A stretch of 64,000 nucleotides of DNA from Felis catus (taxonomy: Eukaryota), in NCBI RefSeq assembly GCF_018350175.1, contig NC_058368.1:111168001-111232000 (forward strand), in the 5' to 3' direction. The number at the start of each line of letters is the position of its first letter. Position 1 is the stretch's first letter. Below the pieces are notes generated by a model. It saw only the letters and a list, made by a program, of their open reading frames with translations, searched no databases and was not told the origin of the DNA. Positions 23,284 through 37,289 of this stretch are shown here, in pieces. The translations under genes and the position numbers were made by a program.

Positions 23284-23403
23284 TGGGATGTAACGTCGGG
23301 ACATGCTGTCCAAGTCTGTCATCTTTTAGCATGTGTAGCAATGTTGTTTTTCCTGCATTATCCAATCCAAGAAATACCAATTTACCAGTTTTCTTATATA
23401 ATC
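23284..23403 (-). CDS. SAR1B: SAR1B coding exon 2 with P-loop (GLDNAGKT); [40 protein letters not shown]
   Basis: 120 nt, AG/GT boundaries, in phase with flanking exons; visible in ORF 23246..23473. Confidence 0.98.
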
Positions 23404-24129
23404 CTGCAGAGTAATAAGACCTATGATTAATCAAAGTGCTATCTGACAGATTATTCAAGTAAAATGACTTCAAATAAAAGTATAATATAAATATAATTAT
23501 TTACAGTTTAGTTATTTGGATATTTTCCCTAATTACTCTAGATGTTTTATAAAGAAACACCTATTAACCTTTTGAACTTGTAAGATTTTATAAATTTGCT
23601 TGAATAAAGGTGGATTTCTAGTCTAATTTCAGTTTTGAAGAGCTATTTTAAATCTATCATGATTTGCAAATTCAGATCATTTTAAACCTAAACTTTGTCC
23701 CAATCAATGAATGTGTATTATCCAAACTTATCTGCAGTGCCAAAATGCTGATTCCCTTGACAATTTAGGAATAAATATCTATGTCCACTACTAGAGAAAC
23801 AAAAAATGCTTGAGATCATGTACTTATGAAACGAGACAAAAAGGGAAATTAAAGAGATATCCATGGATGAAAATAAATTAAGTAGTTTTGACAATAAAAA
23901 TCATAGTGAGTTCTTGCAATAGAAAGTTTAGGTCATTGTCAAATTTCCCTGAGACAATAAGGTTGAACTATTCATAGGATTGCATAAAACTAAAGCAACA
24001 ACAAAAAAACCAAGCACGTAATTTTTTAAATGTATCAACCAAGTACTGATAGATGAAGTAATAGAAAAAAGAGAGCATTGACCAGTTTATAGATTGGCAT
24101 TTGTTGAGAAATTCCATATTGAGTTTTTT

Positions 24130-25030
24130 TTCTAAAGGTTTTTTTTCAGTTTTAGGTTTACATCAAAACTGACAGGATGGTACAGAGATTTCCAATATAC
24201 TCCCTGTCCCCACACATATATATAGCCTCTCCTATTATTAACATCACTCACGAAAATGGTACATTTTTAACCAACAGTGAACCTACATTGATCGATCATA
24301 GTCACCCAGAGTTTCCTTAGGGCTTACTCTTAGTAGAGTATATTCTGTATTTTGACAAACATATAAGGACATATATCCATGATTATAATATACAAAGTAT
24401 TTTCGCTGCCCTAAAAATCCTATATGCTCTGCCTATTCATCCACCCTACCCGTCCTGCCCAGCAACCATTGATCTTTTTATTGTCTCTGTATTTTTGCCT
24501 TTCCAGAATGTCATATAGTTGCATATGACACATAATTGTAATCATACAGTCAATTGAGATTGACGACTTTCACTTAGTAATATGCATTTAAAGTTCCTCC
24601 ATGTCTTTTCATGCCTTGATAGCTCATTTCTTTGAGCTTAGTAGTATTCCATTAAGCAAAATTCCTTAGTGCTTAGTAGTAATCAGTTATCTGGATAAAC
24701 CAGTTTATTTATCCATTCACCTACTGAAGGATATTTTGGTTCCTTCTAAGTTTTGGCAATTATAAATGAAGCTGCTATAAAATCTTTGTGCAGGTTCGTA
24801 TGTGGCCCTAAGTTTTCAGCTCCTTTGGGTAAATGCCAAGGAGCACAAGTGTTGGATTGTATGGTAAGAGTATGTCTAGGATTGTAAGAAACCACCAAAT
24901 TGTCGTCCAAAGTGGCTGTACCATTTTGCATTCCAAGCAGTGAATGAAAGTTCTTGCTGCTGCACATCCTCACCAGCATTTGGTGTTGTCATTGTCCAGA
25001 TTTTGGACACTCTTATAGGTATGTAGCAAT
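24130..25030 (-). mobile_element. L1 3' region (old mammalian subfamily)
   Basis: Antisense ORF2-end and 3' UTR motifs (ccaaagtggctgtaccattttgcattcc; acatcctcaccagcatttgg). Confidence 0.85.
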
Positions 25031-25250
25031 AATGAATTTTATTTTCCATATTTAATTGTCTAACACCTATGGAATTACATGAGGACAGGGGACATAGTAG
25101 CAACTCAAAAATATGTTTACTCAATCAAAAAAATGAACTTTTGAAGACATTAGGCAATGCTAATTCAGGTTACTCATTTTTTAATAAGTCCACGCCAAAA
25201 TAATACCTAACTCTTTCTCCACATTGATGCTTAAGAAGTAGATTGTTTGC

Positions 25251-25451
25251 GGGGCGCCTGGGTGGCGCAGTCGGTTAAGCGTCCGACTTCAGCCAGGTCA
25301 CGATCTCGCGGTCCGGGAGTTCGAGCCCCGCATCAGGCTCTGGGCTGATGGCTCGGAGCCTGGAGCCTGTTTCCGATTCTGTGTCTCCCTCTCTCTCTGC
25401 CCCTCCCCCGTTCAAGCTCTGTCTCTCTGTCTCAAAAATAAATAAACATTG
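25251..25451 (+). mobile_element. Young felid-type SINEC
   Basis: CpG-intact body; TSD aagaagtagattgtttg. Confidence 0.93.
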
Positions 25452-26278
25452 AAAGAAGTAGATTGTTTGAAGTCCTAATGTTTTGATCACTCAGTGCCCA
25501 ACAGTTCTGATCCTAAGGGGAAGATTGTCTTCCATATTTATTTGAGCTGAGATACTGTATTTTTCATTTAATCATGAACTGTGACTAACAATTTTTTAAA
25601 CACTTCTATTTCTTAAAACGTTTCTACACAGGTGGTTTCTAATCAGTGCAATCACAATCTTTCCTACCTTTTAAGTAGTAACAGTGCACTGGGTAAGAAT
25701 CCAAAAGGGAACACCTAGGACATTTAAACTTTAATCTTGAAAGTGGGTTGGACTAAATCCTTATTTTGTGATAAGCACTGTTAAGCATTATACATTACTT
25801 CATTTAATCTTCAAAATAACTCTTTGAAGTACACATTATTCTCTTTCTTACAGAGGGGAACAAAGGCTCAAAGTTAACTTGCTCAAATGCTGAGGTCAGA
25901 TCTGAGATAGAACCCATCTTTGATGCAAAAGCTTTGGTTCATTTCCATTTCTCTACACTGCCTCCTACTGTTAGCCCTATTAACCTCTTGCTCCTGCTTA
26001 TGAGTCAATCTATTTTGCCTTTACAATGTAGTTCCGCATTAAATCACTTTTCTATCAACTGAGACATAGATACTTGTCACAACCCAGGTTATCCCAGTAT
26101 AATGAAGTTGAAAACATTTATTTCTGACCCAGTTTTTGTACATATGTAACAAAATATTTCAGTCTGATAAAAATATGTAAGAATTCTTGAGGTAGTATGG
26201 AAAGATCTGATATTTGACCTGTAGTAGAGTGAGAGTATAAGATAATGTGAGGGATTTTATTTTAAAAAGGAAAAAAAA

Positions 26279-28200
26279 GGAGCACCTGGGTGGTTTAGTC
26301 GGTTAAGTGACCGACTCTTGATTTTGGCTCAGGTCATGGTCTCATGGTTTGTGAGTGGGCTCTGTGGGCTCTGTGCTGACAGTGAGAAGCCTGCTTGGGA
26401 TCCTCTCTCTCCCCCTCTCTCTGCTTCTCCCCGACTCATGCTCTCTTTCTCTCTCAAAAATAAATAAATAAAAATTAAAAAAAAAAAAAACTGGTTTTTA
26501 AAAATTTCCAAATATTGAGGTCCATATAAGAAATAAAAAGACTGATAAAATTTGATCTTAAATTTTTATCCTTTTAATATATAGTGTCAAACAAGATGTG
26601 TATTTTCCAAACAAAATTTATTTCCTTGGTTAAGATTATGTTTGTGGAAGAAAAAATATTTATATAGGAGATAACAATTCATAAGTACAGTTGTGGCTAG
26701 TTAGGAGTTATGTTGACAACTCTGTAATTACATGAAATGCTTCTCTTTGTGCCAGTTCAAGATGATGATTACATGGAGACTAAACTTAGGGTAAGATTCG
26801 AAAACGGGAGATCAAAACATCTTCATTATTTACTACAATAATAAAGTTGTATACATGGTAACATAAAAGTCAATCAAAAGCTTGTTTCACTGGAAAACGT
26901 GAGAAGAATGTCAGTAAGAGAATGAGATGCTATGATTTTTCCTCTTTAATATCTATAAAGAGAGGAAAATCACTAGTCAGAATTGCTGGGTATACAAGTC
27001 TCATTTAGCAGATTTTATGCTGCCATTTACAAGGCACTTGATGGAACATAAATTTATAATAACAAAAATAACGCAGTGAGTTTCTGTGAGGATTAAATGA
27101 GATAAAGTATCTAAAGCACTCAGAAACTTTTTAGGTAAACTGGCTAATCACAGGTAGCTACTCCTGTAAATAATATTCCTATCAACAACCTTAAAAGAGG
27201 TAGGAATTACTGTTAATTTACAGATAAGGAGACTAAGGCTAAGGTAAAGAAAGTAATTTGCCCAAGATTACATAATTTATAAGAGATATACAATGAGTAA
27301 TTTGAACACATTTGTATGATTTCAAAATTCACATTCACAACTAGTGGATTATACATAAAGAGGCTCTAGACAAATAAGCACTTTTATTTAAGTAGGATTA
27401 AATGGGATAACAATAGAGAACAAAGGACCAACATTACCTAAAAACTGTAGCACACTGCTGAAACCACTGTAAATCCAGTCAAATATGAAGGACATATCCA
27501 AATCCTTATAGAGTCTGGAAAAGAAAGTGTTTTGAATTCAGTAGTTGACATTAAACACCAACAACATTAAACATGAACTCTGAGTAAACAATCCTATAAC
27601 AACCTTCCTATAAAGAGTTTAACCATTCTTTGTTGTTGTTATTTATTTTTGAGAAAGAGAGTGCACAGTAGGTGAAAGGCAGAGAGAGGGAGATAGAAGA
27701 TCCAAAACGGGCTCATGCAGACAGCGGAGAGCCCAATGTGGGGCTCGAACTCACAGAACCGCAAGATAATGACCTGAGCCGAAGTTGGAGGCTCAAGTGA
27801 CTGAGCCACCCACGTGCTCCCCCCCTTTTTCTAATGTTTATTTGAGAGAGAGTATGTAAGAGTGAACGCACAAGTGGGGAAGGGGCAGAGAAAGAGGGGG
27901 ACAGAGGATCTGAAGCGAGCTCTGTGCTGACAGCAGAGAGCCTAATGCAGGGCTCAAACTCACTAACCGTGATCTCATGATCTGAGCCAAAGTTAGACAC
28001 TTAACTGACGGAGCCACCCAGGTGCCCCAAGAGTTAGCTATTCTTATCCAAGGTGATCTAATCAGATACCTACTGATGCATAAAACACAAAATGCTATTA
28101 AATACAAACTAGTGGGTCTCAGTTGGTAGAACATGCGACTCTTGATCTCGGGGTTATGAGTTCAAGCCCCATACTGGGTGTAGGGCTTACTTTAAAAAGA
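26279..28200. mobile_element. SINECs flanking SAR1B exon 2 (~26279-26490 +, 27635-27820 -, 27830-28028 -, 28112-28200 +) plus MIR relics ~27070-27340
   Basis: SINEC and MIR motifs. Confidence 0.8.
27438..27495 (-). CDS. SAR1B: SAR1B coding exon 1 (exon 2 of the gene, whole exon 27438-27514); MSFIFDWIYSGFSSVLQFL|G
   Basis: Reverse complement reads ttttccag|actctataaggatttggatATGTCCTTCATATTTGACTGG...TTTTTAG|gtaatg; encodes the Sar1 N-terminal amphipathic helix; 58 coding nt. Confidence 0.97.
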
Positions 28201-30419
28201 AAGGGGGAAAAAAGGCCTCTATTTTTAAAAAACAACAAAAAAATTTTTTAATTAAAATAGAAATATGAACTAGAGACCATTCTTTACCAACCACAGTGGC
28301 AAACCTGAAAATGAACTGTAATAGCTGGAACTAGAAAAGATGTGGTAAAAGATGCCGTTAGTGGCAGTATAAATTGTTACAAATCTTTTTAATGACTAAT
28401 TTGGCAGTAATCTGTATGTTATACCATCTGACCCAAGAATTCTACTTTTAGAAAATGTCCTAAATATAGACAATCTTTATGTATCAAGATGTGCATCAAA
28501 GTGTTATGTAAGAAAATTTTTGGAAATAATCTATATTCAAGAGTAAGTTAAGGTATATATGGCCTATGAAATACTTACCAAAACCTTGGAGTGGAGGAAG
28601 AAAAAGCAAGGAGAAAGAGAGGAAAGGAAATTTATGATAATGAAGTAAGTTTTCAAGTCTGATTATACCTATGTGGAGTAAAACCCTTTTCCATTACTTT
28701 TGGTCTTTTGTAGCAAATGATATCAGGTGGTCGATTTCTGGGCTTGTAATCTTAGTGCATTTTTCAAATTTTAATCATATTACCGAATGTTAAAAAACAT
28801 TTTTTTAAATCACAGTAGAAAATACAGAGTGTAGTTCAATTTAGCATTTCTTTGACATGTTCTTGATAACTAATAAAGTTAATATGGAAAGAAGAGGGGA
28901 AAAAAAACCTCTTGAGAAATGAAAGAATATACAAAAGTATACTTTCAGATCAGCAAAGTTCATTTTCTAGAGGTAAACAAAATCCAGGCCCAAAATTTGG
29001 GCCAAGTCCGAACAATTTGAAGGATTCTGCTATTTTTTACGTTCTTTAGACAAAGTGTGACACACAGCACTGCTTTCTTTAACCACCTCTCAGTCCAGTG
29101 GGCTGCCAACTGTGACCCAGACGGGCCCACCAAACTCAGAATTCCTTGAGGATAAGGTGTTTAAGAGATTACACTGCCTTGAGAGTGAGAGTCAACCTAC
29201 CTCCAGTTTATAGGTGGCCTGCCAGTATTTACTAGGGGATTCCCTGGATCCAGGCAATAGCCTCTCCTCTCTTTCAGTTCCTTACTTGAACTAGCAAGAG
29301 AAGAATTTTGCTCTTGAAACCAGTCCATTCCTGACTGAGAGTGACTCACAAATAACGAAGTTTCATGTGTCAGTATCACAAGAATAAAAACTAGAAGAGC
29401 AACTTATATATACACACAAGAATCCATTGTTACAAGTTCTTATTTTACTGAAGCTGAAAATTACATCTTGTTCTATTATTATTCTAGGTTATGCAGAAAT
29501 TGAAACTTGTAGTCACAAAAAATATATACAAGTGGTTTATCTTTTCTGAAGATTTTTAAGTAAGATATATCATAATTTTCACTGTAAAGAATCAAAGCAA
29601 TGGTTTACTGAGATATTTTAATTCAATAATGATTACTAAATTCATATTATGTCCAAGGCCCTGAGCTAGACACCATAGGGGATACAAATACTAATGATAA
29701 ACATGGCTTCTTCTCTTGAAAAGGTTATAGTCTAGAGAGGTAGGTTAGCTATACAAATTTAACTGAAAATTTAACTGAAAAAAGTTAAAACTGAATAGGA
29801 TATTACCTAGGATGGTAACAACTTACCCTACAGAATTTCAAGACTTATATCAACACAAAGAAAAAAAATGCCCATATTGTAAATCATAAGCTATGAGGGG
29901 ATTAATGATCATAACAACATAAAATCAGAATAAAAATAAGCAATACAACAGGAAAGGGTATGGTACCCTCACAAATATACTTTGTATTCTGTATAAGAAA
30001 AGAGAAAACCAGTCTTCCTTGCACACTTCTACAACGGCCACAAGTTGTAGGTAGGTAAAGGTTTCTTGGGTGATGTTCAGCCTGAATCTTGAAGATTAAA
30101 TAAGAGTTTGCTAAGTGGTTATGGGGGCTATACTATGTGCAGTGGTGTGAAACTAAGTGGGAACAGCAAAAAGTCAGGTACTGTGAGATGATGTGACTGG
30201 TTAGGGGGCCACAAACTGAGTCACTCAACAGATGCTAACAAGGGAGGCAGGAGTCAGAATGAGAAAGAAATATGAGACTAAATTTAGGCATTTGGTCTTC
30301 CATGTTTGCTACTATAACATATGGACATAAGAAACAATACTTACTTGGTCTTTCAATTTAATAAAGCAAAGCAAACAAAATATAGCAGTTATCCCTATGA
30401 GCACTATGATTTGTCAAGA

Positions 30420-31150
30420 GGTTAAAAACAGAAGCTATGGAGCCAGGACTTTACCACTTACCATTTACCTTAGCCAAGTTACTTTAATATCCTTACCTGT
30501 AAAATGGGGGTAATAGTAGCTATCTGAGATGGTTGTGAAGATTAAACCAATTACTACACACAAAGTATATAGCACAGAGTTAAGCATTCAATGTTAGCTG
30601 CTGTTACTATTATTTCTTCTACTTACATGACCTAACATACCGGGCACTTTATGTGACCACTAAGCACCCCAACAACCTTTCAAAATAAATACTGTTTGTT
30701 TTTAAATGCCTACTTACTTTTGGGGGAGAGAGAGCAAGCGAGCAGGGGAAGGACAGAAAGAGAAGGAGACACAGAATCCAAAGCAGGCTCCAGGCTCTGA
30801 GCTGTCAGCACAGAACCCAGTCCGGGGCTCAAACTCACGAACTATAAGATCATGACCTGAGCTGACGTCTGACACTTAACCAACTGAACCACCCAGGTGC
30901 CCCAATACTGGTTTTTTTTTTAAGCTCTGTGCCCAGCGTGGGGCTTGAACTCAACCCTGAGATCAAGAGTCACATGCTCTACCAAAGTGAGCCAGCCAGG
31001 CATCCCAAAATAAATACATTATTGTCCCCACTTTACAGAAGAAACTGAAGTTGCAATAGCTGAAACTCAAGTCTTAATGATTGGCACATCTAAGTACCAA
31101 ACCTGGGTCTTTCTGACTTCCAGGTCCACGCCCTTTCTCCTACATTGCAC
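30420..31150. mobile_element. MIR relics interrupted by two - strand SINECs (~30700-31006)
   Basis: ctgtaaaatggggg..aatagta core; cccactttacagaagaaactga; SINEC motifs. Confidence 0.75.
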
Positions 31151-31471
31151 AGTACCTTTGTAACAAAATTTTAAAGGTTTATATTTGTTTAAATGATTAT
31201 GTACCATTTTTTGAATCACTCCACCTTATGACTCTGACATGTAATTCCTCTCTCTCCCTCTCATCCCCCATCCAGTTGCTTATTTCCCAGCTCTATCAAT
31301 TTCTGTAGTCTCAGCATTCTTTTGATTCCTACAGGAGCTACTTTGTGATGAACCTTAAATCACATTCCCGAACTACCATCTTAACCTCATATTTTGTCTG
31401 TACCAATCTGTACATGCCCTCCAGAGTGGCTTTATGAAAATGTCATCTTAGACTTGACTTGTTGCATAGTC

Positions 31472-31598
31472 AGGGTGACTATAACTCCTCGTTTGCTGGG
31501 GACAGTCTCAGCAAAGTTATCTCGGTATAATTATCAATAGTGTGTCCTTTCATTCTCAAAAGCATCCTGATGAGGTGTGAAATTTATATGGTCACCCT
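31472..31598. mobile_element. hAT-Blackjack MITE (MER94-like)
   Basis: Terminal inverted repeats agggtgac...gtcaccct, ~127 bp. Confidence 0.7.
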
Positions 31599-31859
31599 AT
31601 ACCTGTGGATAGAGAGCCACTGGAGGTCTGTGAGATGAAAAATGATTCAAACTCCTAGTTCAGTATTCCAGAACTTCGACTATAAACCTTCTGGCCACCT
31701 TTACAAGCTTAATACATATCCTCCATTTATAGCTTTCCCTGAACCAAAGTAAACCACTTCCCACTCACTGCTGGTGACCTGAACTTAATCATCTTAAAAC
31801 TTCTGCTCATTCTCCTTCCCAACATCAGAATTTCCCCCACCAGCTCTGCCTAAAGATCT

Positions 31860-33300
31860 CCTGCCTTAAGCATGAGCCAAATGCTACAGAAGAAATGAGT
31901 TTTCACTTGAGATGGACTTTAAGGGACAGATGGGGGTGGAAGAACTGACAGAACCCAGTAAGGGGAGAAGAATTAGAAGAGGTGATGGATGGCACAAGTG
32001 GAAAGAAATTAGCCCCAAGAAGTCCAGCTGCAGAGATGTCACAGCTTGCTTTGTGGCAAGGAGACAAATGCTGAGAGCATGAGGAGCCTGCATGGAACAA
32101 AAATACAGGAGAGCCTGTGGCCAGTACTTAAAGCACCAGAGCTGGTCTCTAGAGTCATGACCTGTGTGACAAGTTTCTTCTGCAAAATCTCTGAGTGTTG
32201 TAAAGATCAAATGAGATAAAATGCACAAAATAAGTACTTAATACCTGGTTGCTGTTATTACTGAGAAGCAAATTGGATAGAGGGTCAATAGGTGGAGGGA
32301 GTAAGGAAAGATTCCTCTTTCAAAGAGTTTGAAATGGAATGAGGGAAACGGGAGTTTCTTCTTAAGAAGTCTTCTTTCTTCTTAAGCCTTAAGGAGGGTA
32401 AGGCTCGAGTATGTTGATAAGAAGGAGCTAGCAGAAAGGGAGAAATTAAAGATAAAAGAAAAAGAGAAGGAAGGAATTAACCAAAAGGGGCAAAGTCTCA
32501 AGAGGAGCCAGGGATGAGAGTGCATCTCCTCCTCTAAGAGTAGAAGTAAGGAGGGCCAGAAAATGTACACTGGAAGTAGCAGGAATCTGAATCCAAAAGT
32601 GAGGAAGTCTGATAGAGAATTTTCTGAGGAGCAGAGTGAGGATTAGAATAGACAGCTACCTACTGTGGGGAAAAGATCAAATTAAAAGAGTGCTAACAAG
32701 AGCCAAGTGCTTGGCTGGGGCTGAAAAACATTCACAGCACTGCCCATCTGCAGGGATTTCTAATTTTCCCCTCTCCCTGCCACCCTCCCTTCCCAGTGAG
32801 TGTCAGCTTTAGAGAACACGGAATGAATAGGGCTTAGAAGTGAAAAAAGACAAGGGGAACTGGAATTTGAGAGTACTAGTGAGAGGCTGAAGTGGTGTGA
32901 TCAAAAGTTCAGGCTGAGTGGCTAAAGGTACAAAGGCAACTAATATATGGGGATAAAGTAGGGGAGCAAAGGCAGGCTTCTCACAGAAAAGAGAGAATGG
33001 GGGAAAATATCTGGTTGAAAAGCAAATGTAGACATAGTCATAGTATGAGACAAGTGAAAGGTGGACCAGAATTATGTCAGCAAAGTGGAGGAGAGCTCAA
33101 GGTTCAAAAACTCATGAGGATCAGGTCTGCGTGGTGGTTAAGTTCCAAGGCCTGGCTCTGGCATAGACAGCTGAAAAGCCTGAGTGAAGAACTGAGTGGA
33201 AGCTGTGAGAAGCCAGGCTGGAGCTATATGGTCTACAGTCCACACTGACTGCACAATCACCTAGAAGAATGGCTCTAGAGAGCAAGCCTGTGAATTGAGT
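31860..33300. mobile_element. Degenerate L2-like sequence
   Basis: Purine-rich L2 texture (ttgagatggactttaagg; gtttgaaatggaatgagg); family call tentative. Confidence 0.4.
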
Positions 33301-34649
33301 GACTAAGCCCTCACTGAAGGGGAGCCTGGCTGACTCAGTCCATAGAGCATATGACTCTTTATCTCTGGGTCCTGAGTTCAAGCCCCACAATGGGTGTAGA
33401 GATTACTAAAAAAAAAAAAGGGGGGGGGGCGGCTCACCCAAGATGACTGTTGTGAGGTGAGAGCTCTGAGATTGATGGGGGGGGGGGGGTGGGGGCAGGG
33501 GAGAATGAGGTAAACCTTGAGGGAAAAACGATTTTTTCAATAAGGATGGTCCAAATTTGCTATTGTAAAATTTGTCCCTAGAGAAATAATTTAATAACAT
33601 ATATGGGGAAACTCTGCTTTAGAAGATAATGAGATATTTATATTTGCATAAAGTCATGGGTTTCTAAGAACTTTAAAACAGGCTAAGAGTCAGCCATTTT
33701 AAAGTAGAAGTAAAAATGCCCAACTAAGAATACAAGTTATTTAGCCCAAACAGATACCTGAGCCCAGAGAACAGGTTACACAACACCACGAACACACTAT
33801 TAAGACATGTGAAGAGCAAAGGTCAAGAATAAGGAAACATATACACGTCAGCAGATTTATTTATTGCATGAACAACAAACAGGAAAGAGGCCTGTGCAGA
33901 TTAGAAAAGTGATCTACTCCAGTAACATAAAAATCAGTACAAAGAGTGTAATGAAGCAGAACCTCAAGGTTACAAATAACTTCTTAAGCCTTGTCCCATT
34001 AAACGTATATGGATGATTCCATTTATATGAAACATCCTAAACATGTAAGTTCTCAGAACAGGTTAGTGGTTGTCAGACAGGGGAGGTAAGGGGAAACTGG
34101 GAGTGACTGCTAATACGTACTGGGTTTCTTTTTGGGTGACGAAAATGTTCTGGAATAAAGTGATGGTTGCATAACCTTGTGAATATACTAAAAACATTGA
34201 ATTGCATACTTTAAGAGGATAAATTTTATGGTATGTGAATGGTCTTTCAATAAAGCTAGTTTTTTAAAAATAAAGAAATAAAAATGAAAGCTCCTGTAGT
34301 CTAAAAAGACAACTATAACACCAGCGTAGGATTATAGAGATAATACATTAATAACTTTGGGAAGCAAAGGATGGTAGAGCTATGGTTAGAGTGAGTACCT
34401 ATCTTAGAATTTAAAAAATCTGGATTTAATATGCATCTTCTGAAATACTATTATTTCATTCTGGGAAAGCCAATCTTTCTGAGCTCCAGTTTCTTCTTAT
34501 ATATAACAGGAATGCCATCTGCCTCAGAGAGTTTTAAGAATGATTAATTATGATAATGTACCCAAAAAACATTTTGAAAACTACACAATATAAGGTAGTA
34601 TTAACTCATTCAGACTAAATTAATTGAAATTCAAATCGCAAACTTTTTA

Positions 34650-36270
34650 AAGATTTTATTTTTTTAAAGTAATCTACACCAGCATGGGGCTCAAACTCAC
34701 AACCCTGAGATAAACATTTTCTACCAACCGAGCCAGCCAAGTACCCTTTCAAAGTACAAACTTTGAAAAAGTTTTAATTCATTAATTTTTATTTTTATAA
34801 AGTTTATTTTGAGAGAGTGCAAGTGAGCAAGTGCACACTAGTGGGAGAAGGGCATAGAGAAAGAAGGAGAGAGAATCCCAAGCAGGCTCTTCCCCACTGT
34901 TGGAACTGTCAGTGCAGAGCCCAGTGTGGGGCTCAAACCCACGAACTGGGAGATCATGACCTGAGCCCAAGTTGGACACTCACTTGACTGAGCCACTCAG
35001 GCACCCCAACAGTTTTTTTTTAAGTTTATTTATTTATTGGGGGGTGGGGAGCATAGAGGAAGAGGCAGAGAGAATCCCAAGAGGGATCTGCATGGACAGT
35101 GTCCCCATGAGAGGCTTGAACTCACTAACTCTGAGATCATGACCTGAACCAAAACCAGGAATCAGAGGCTCAACTGACTGAGCCTAGGTCCCCAAGTTTT
35201 AATATTTTTAATGACTGATTTTACTTTATTTTTTTTATTTTATTTTTTTTTAACGTTTTATTTATTTTTGAGACAGGGAGAGACAGAGCATGAACAGGGG
35301 AGGGTCAGAGAGAGGGAGACACAGAATCTGAAACAGGCTCCAGGCTCTGAGCTGTCAGCACAGAGCCCGACGTGGGGCTCGAACTCACTGACTGCGAGAT
35401 CATGACCTGAGCCGAAGTCGGATGCTTAACCGGCTGAGCCACCCAGGTGCCCCTGATTTTACTTTAAATATTAACAACAACATCACTGACAGTAACCAGA
35501 AAAGGTACTAGAATAATTTCCTCCAATTCTAGGTAAAGATATTTACTAGAAAAAAATTAATCATAAATTTCTACCCAACTCCATCGGGTTTATGATGAAA
35601 ACATGTACAAATTCCTTAAGATCAGTAAACTATCTGTAAGCTAATTTAGGAATTATGCACCCTTCTCTTTTGAATTCAGATAGTAGCATAAGTATAAAGA
35701 AGGCCAAACTCTGCTTGACTATGTTTTAAAGAATTTCAGAAAGGCTCTGTGCATTATTAAGGATGGACAGGAACAATATTGAATGTTTCAAGAAAATGTT
35801 GCCCTATAAATACTTTCCCCTAAAACTGTTAGATTTTCTTTTCATAGCCTTTAAAGTTTTGAAAACAGTGATATAAATAGAAAACTCAAAAAAATTTAGG
35901 ATTAAATGCATAGCAATCATAATAATGGAATTAGGCTTTTTCATTCATGTAATCAACAACAAGTATAAACTCAAGTCTCCTATAGGGAAAAATGACACTC
36001 ACTGAAAGGTTAAACCTGTATCAAATATGAAAAGGATTTTTTTTTAAGTGCTAAAAGGGGGAAAGAACACTGTATTACAAATAAAGTTTGTGAGTCTGAG
36101 TACTGAACTTGCCTATGCTGAATTAAGAAAGTAAAAACTGATACTAGTGACAAATTCAGTCCTTAAAATCCTTTTTTAAAAGAAAGCTCTAGGCCCAACA
36201 TGGGGCTTGAACTCACCACCCCAAGATCAAGAGTCGCATGCCCCACCAACTGAGCCAGCCAGGCACCCTC
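34650..36270 (-). mobile_element. SINEC cluster in SAR1B intron 1 (~34650-34746, 34785-35007, 35015-35193, 35230-35453, 36175-36268)
   Basis: SINEC motifs; TSD ctgattttacttta around the 35.3 kb copy. Confidence 0.87.
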
Positions 36271-37289
36271 TTAAAATACTTTTAACTGAAACTGTTCTAA
36301 AAGCTAAACACAAGAAAATTTTTTCAACAGCATTATTTTAAAGGTATTTGCTTAGTAATGTTCTGCAGAGAAATCATTAAAGTATCAGCCAAGTATGCTT
36401 AAAGAAAAGGGTGAAGAAATAATGACTCATTACTACAGAATTCTGATTTATAAGTTTCAAATACTGTGGCAGTGATTTTCATTTCTGATAGCCTAATCTT
36501 TTGTCTCAATTCCTGCTTGAAGTGAAAGGAAAGATAGTTAAAACGTACTTTTTTTGAAATGCTAATCCTCCTAATTACTAACAATGCTTGTCTAACAGTT
36601 CTAAAATAAAAGCAAAACATTCCTTTTCTGCAAACTCAGGAAATGCCAATGCTATAAGCTTAGTTTTTAAAGTTCAAAGTATTTTGGTGATGAATGTAAA
36701 TCATTAAAGCAATATTAGATACACAGTTTGCTTTGACATACCAGCACCACTAATTTTTAACAAATTGTAAATCTTCCTTTATTCCTCATCTGTAAACCAG
36801 AGATAATACCATTACCTTCCTTAGTGGATTGTTGTGGCTAGCGCCACATTCATAGGAAAGTCAGTAAATGTTTCCTTCTCTTTCATTTGCTTCAAGGCGG
36901 CATACTCTTAACCGGTATTTTAACAGTGAACATAGGATATTCTTCAGAGTAGGACACGTGGTAATAGTGAGCTTGATAGATGAATATGCAAATAATATTA
37001 GGTTTGATTTATAAAGTTAAAAGTATTCCTTCACCTCGTTTTGCCCAATGTACCAAATACCTTACGTTCCTAATGAGTTTGGTTCTTTCAGCCAAAGAGG
37101 TCACGGTTTTAGCTGTTGTCAAAACAAATTTCTAAGTTGGAAAATCTTGGAACAATCTATAAATCATTACAGTTTTCACCCAACTGTGTATCTTTCCCCC
37201 CACGCAACTGGGACTTGGACCATGAACAAACGTTAACTTGCACTAGTAAGGAATTTTACTTTGCCCCCACACGAATTGGGAGAACTGAA

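Noticed and set aside
30335..30350. Strong minus-strand donor CAA|GTAAGT in SAR1B intron 1
   Set aside because: No matching acceptor found nearby
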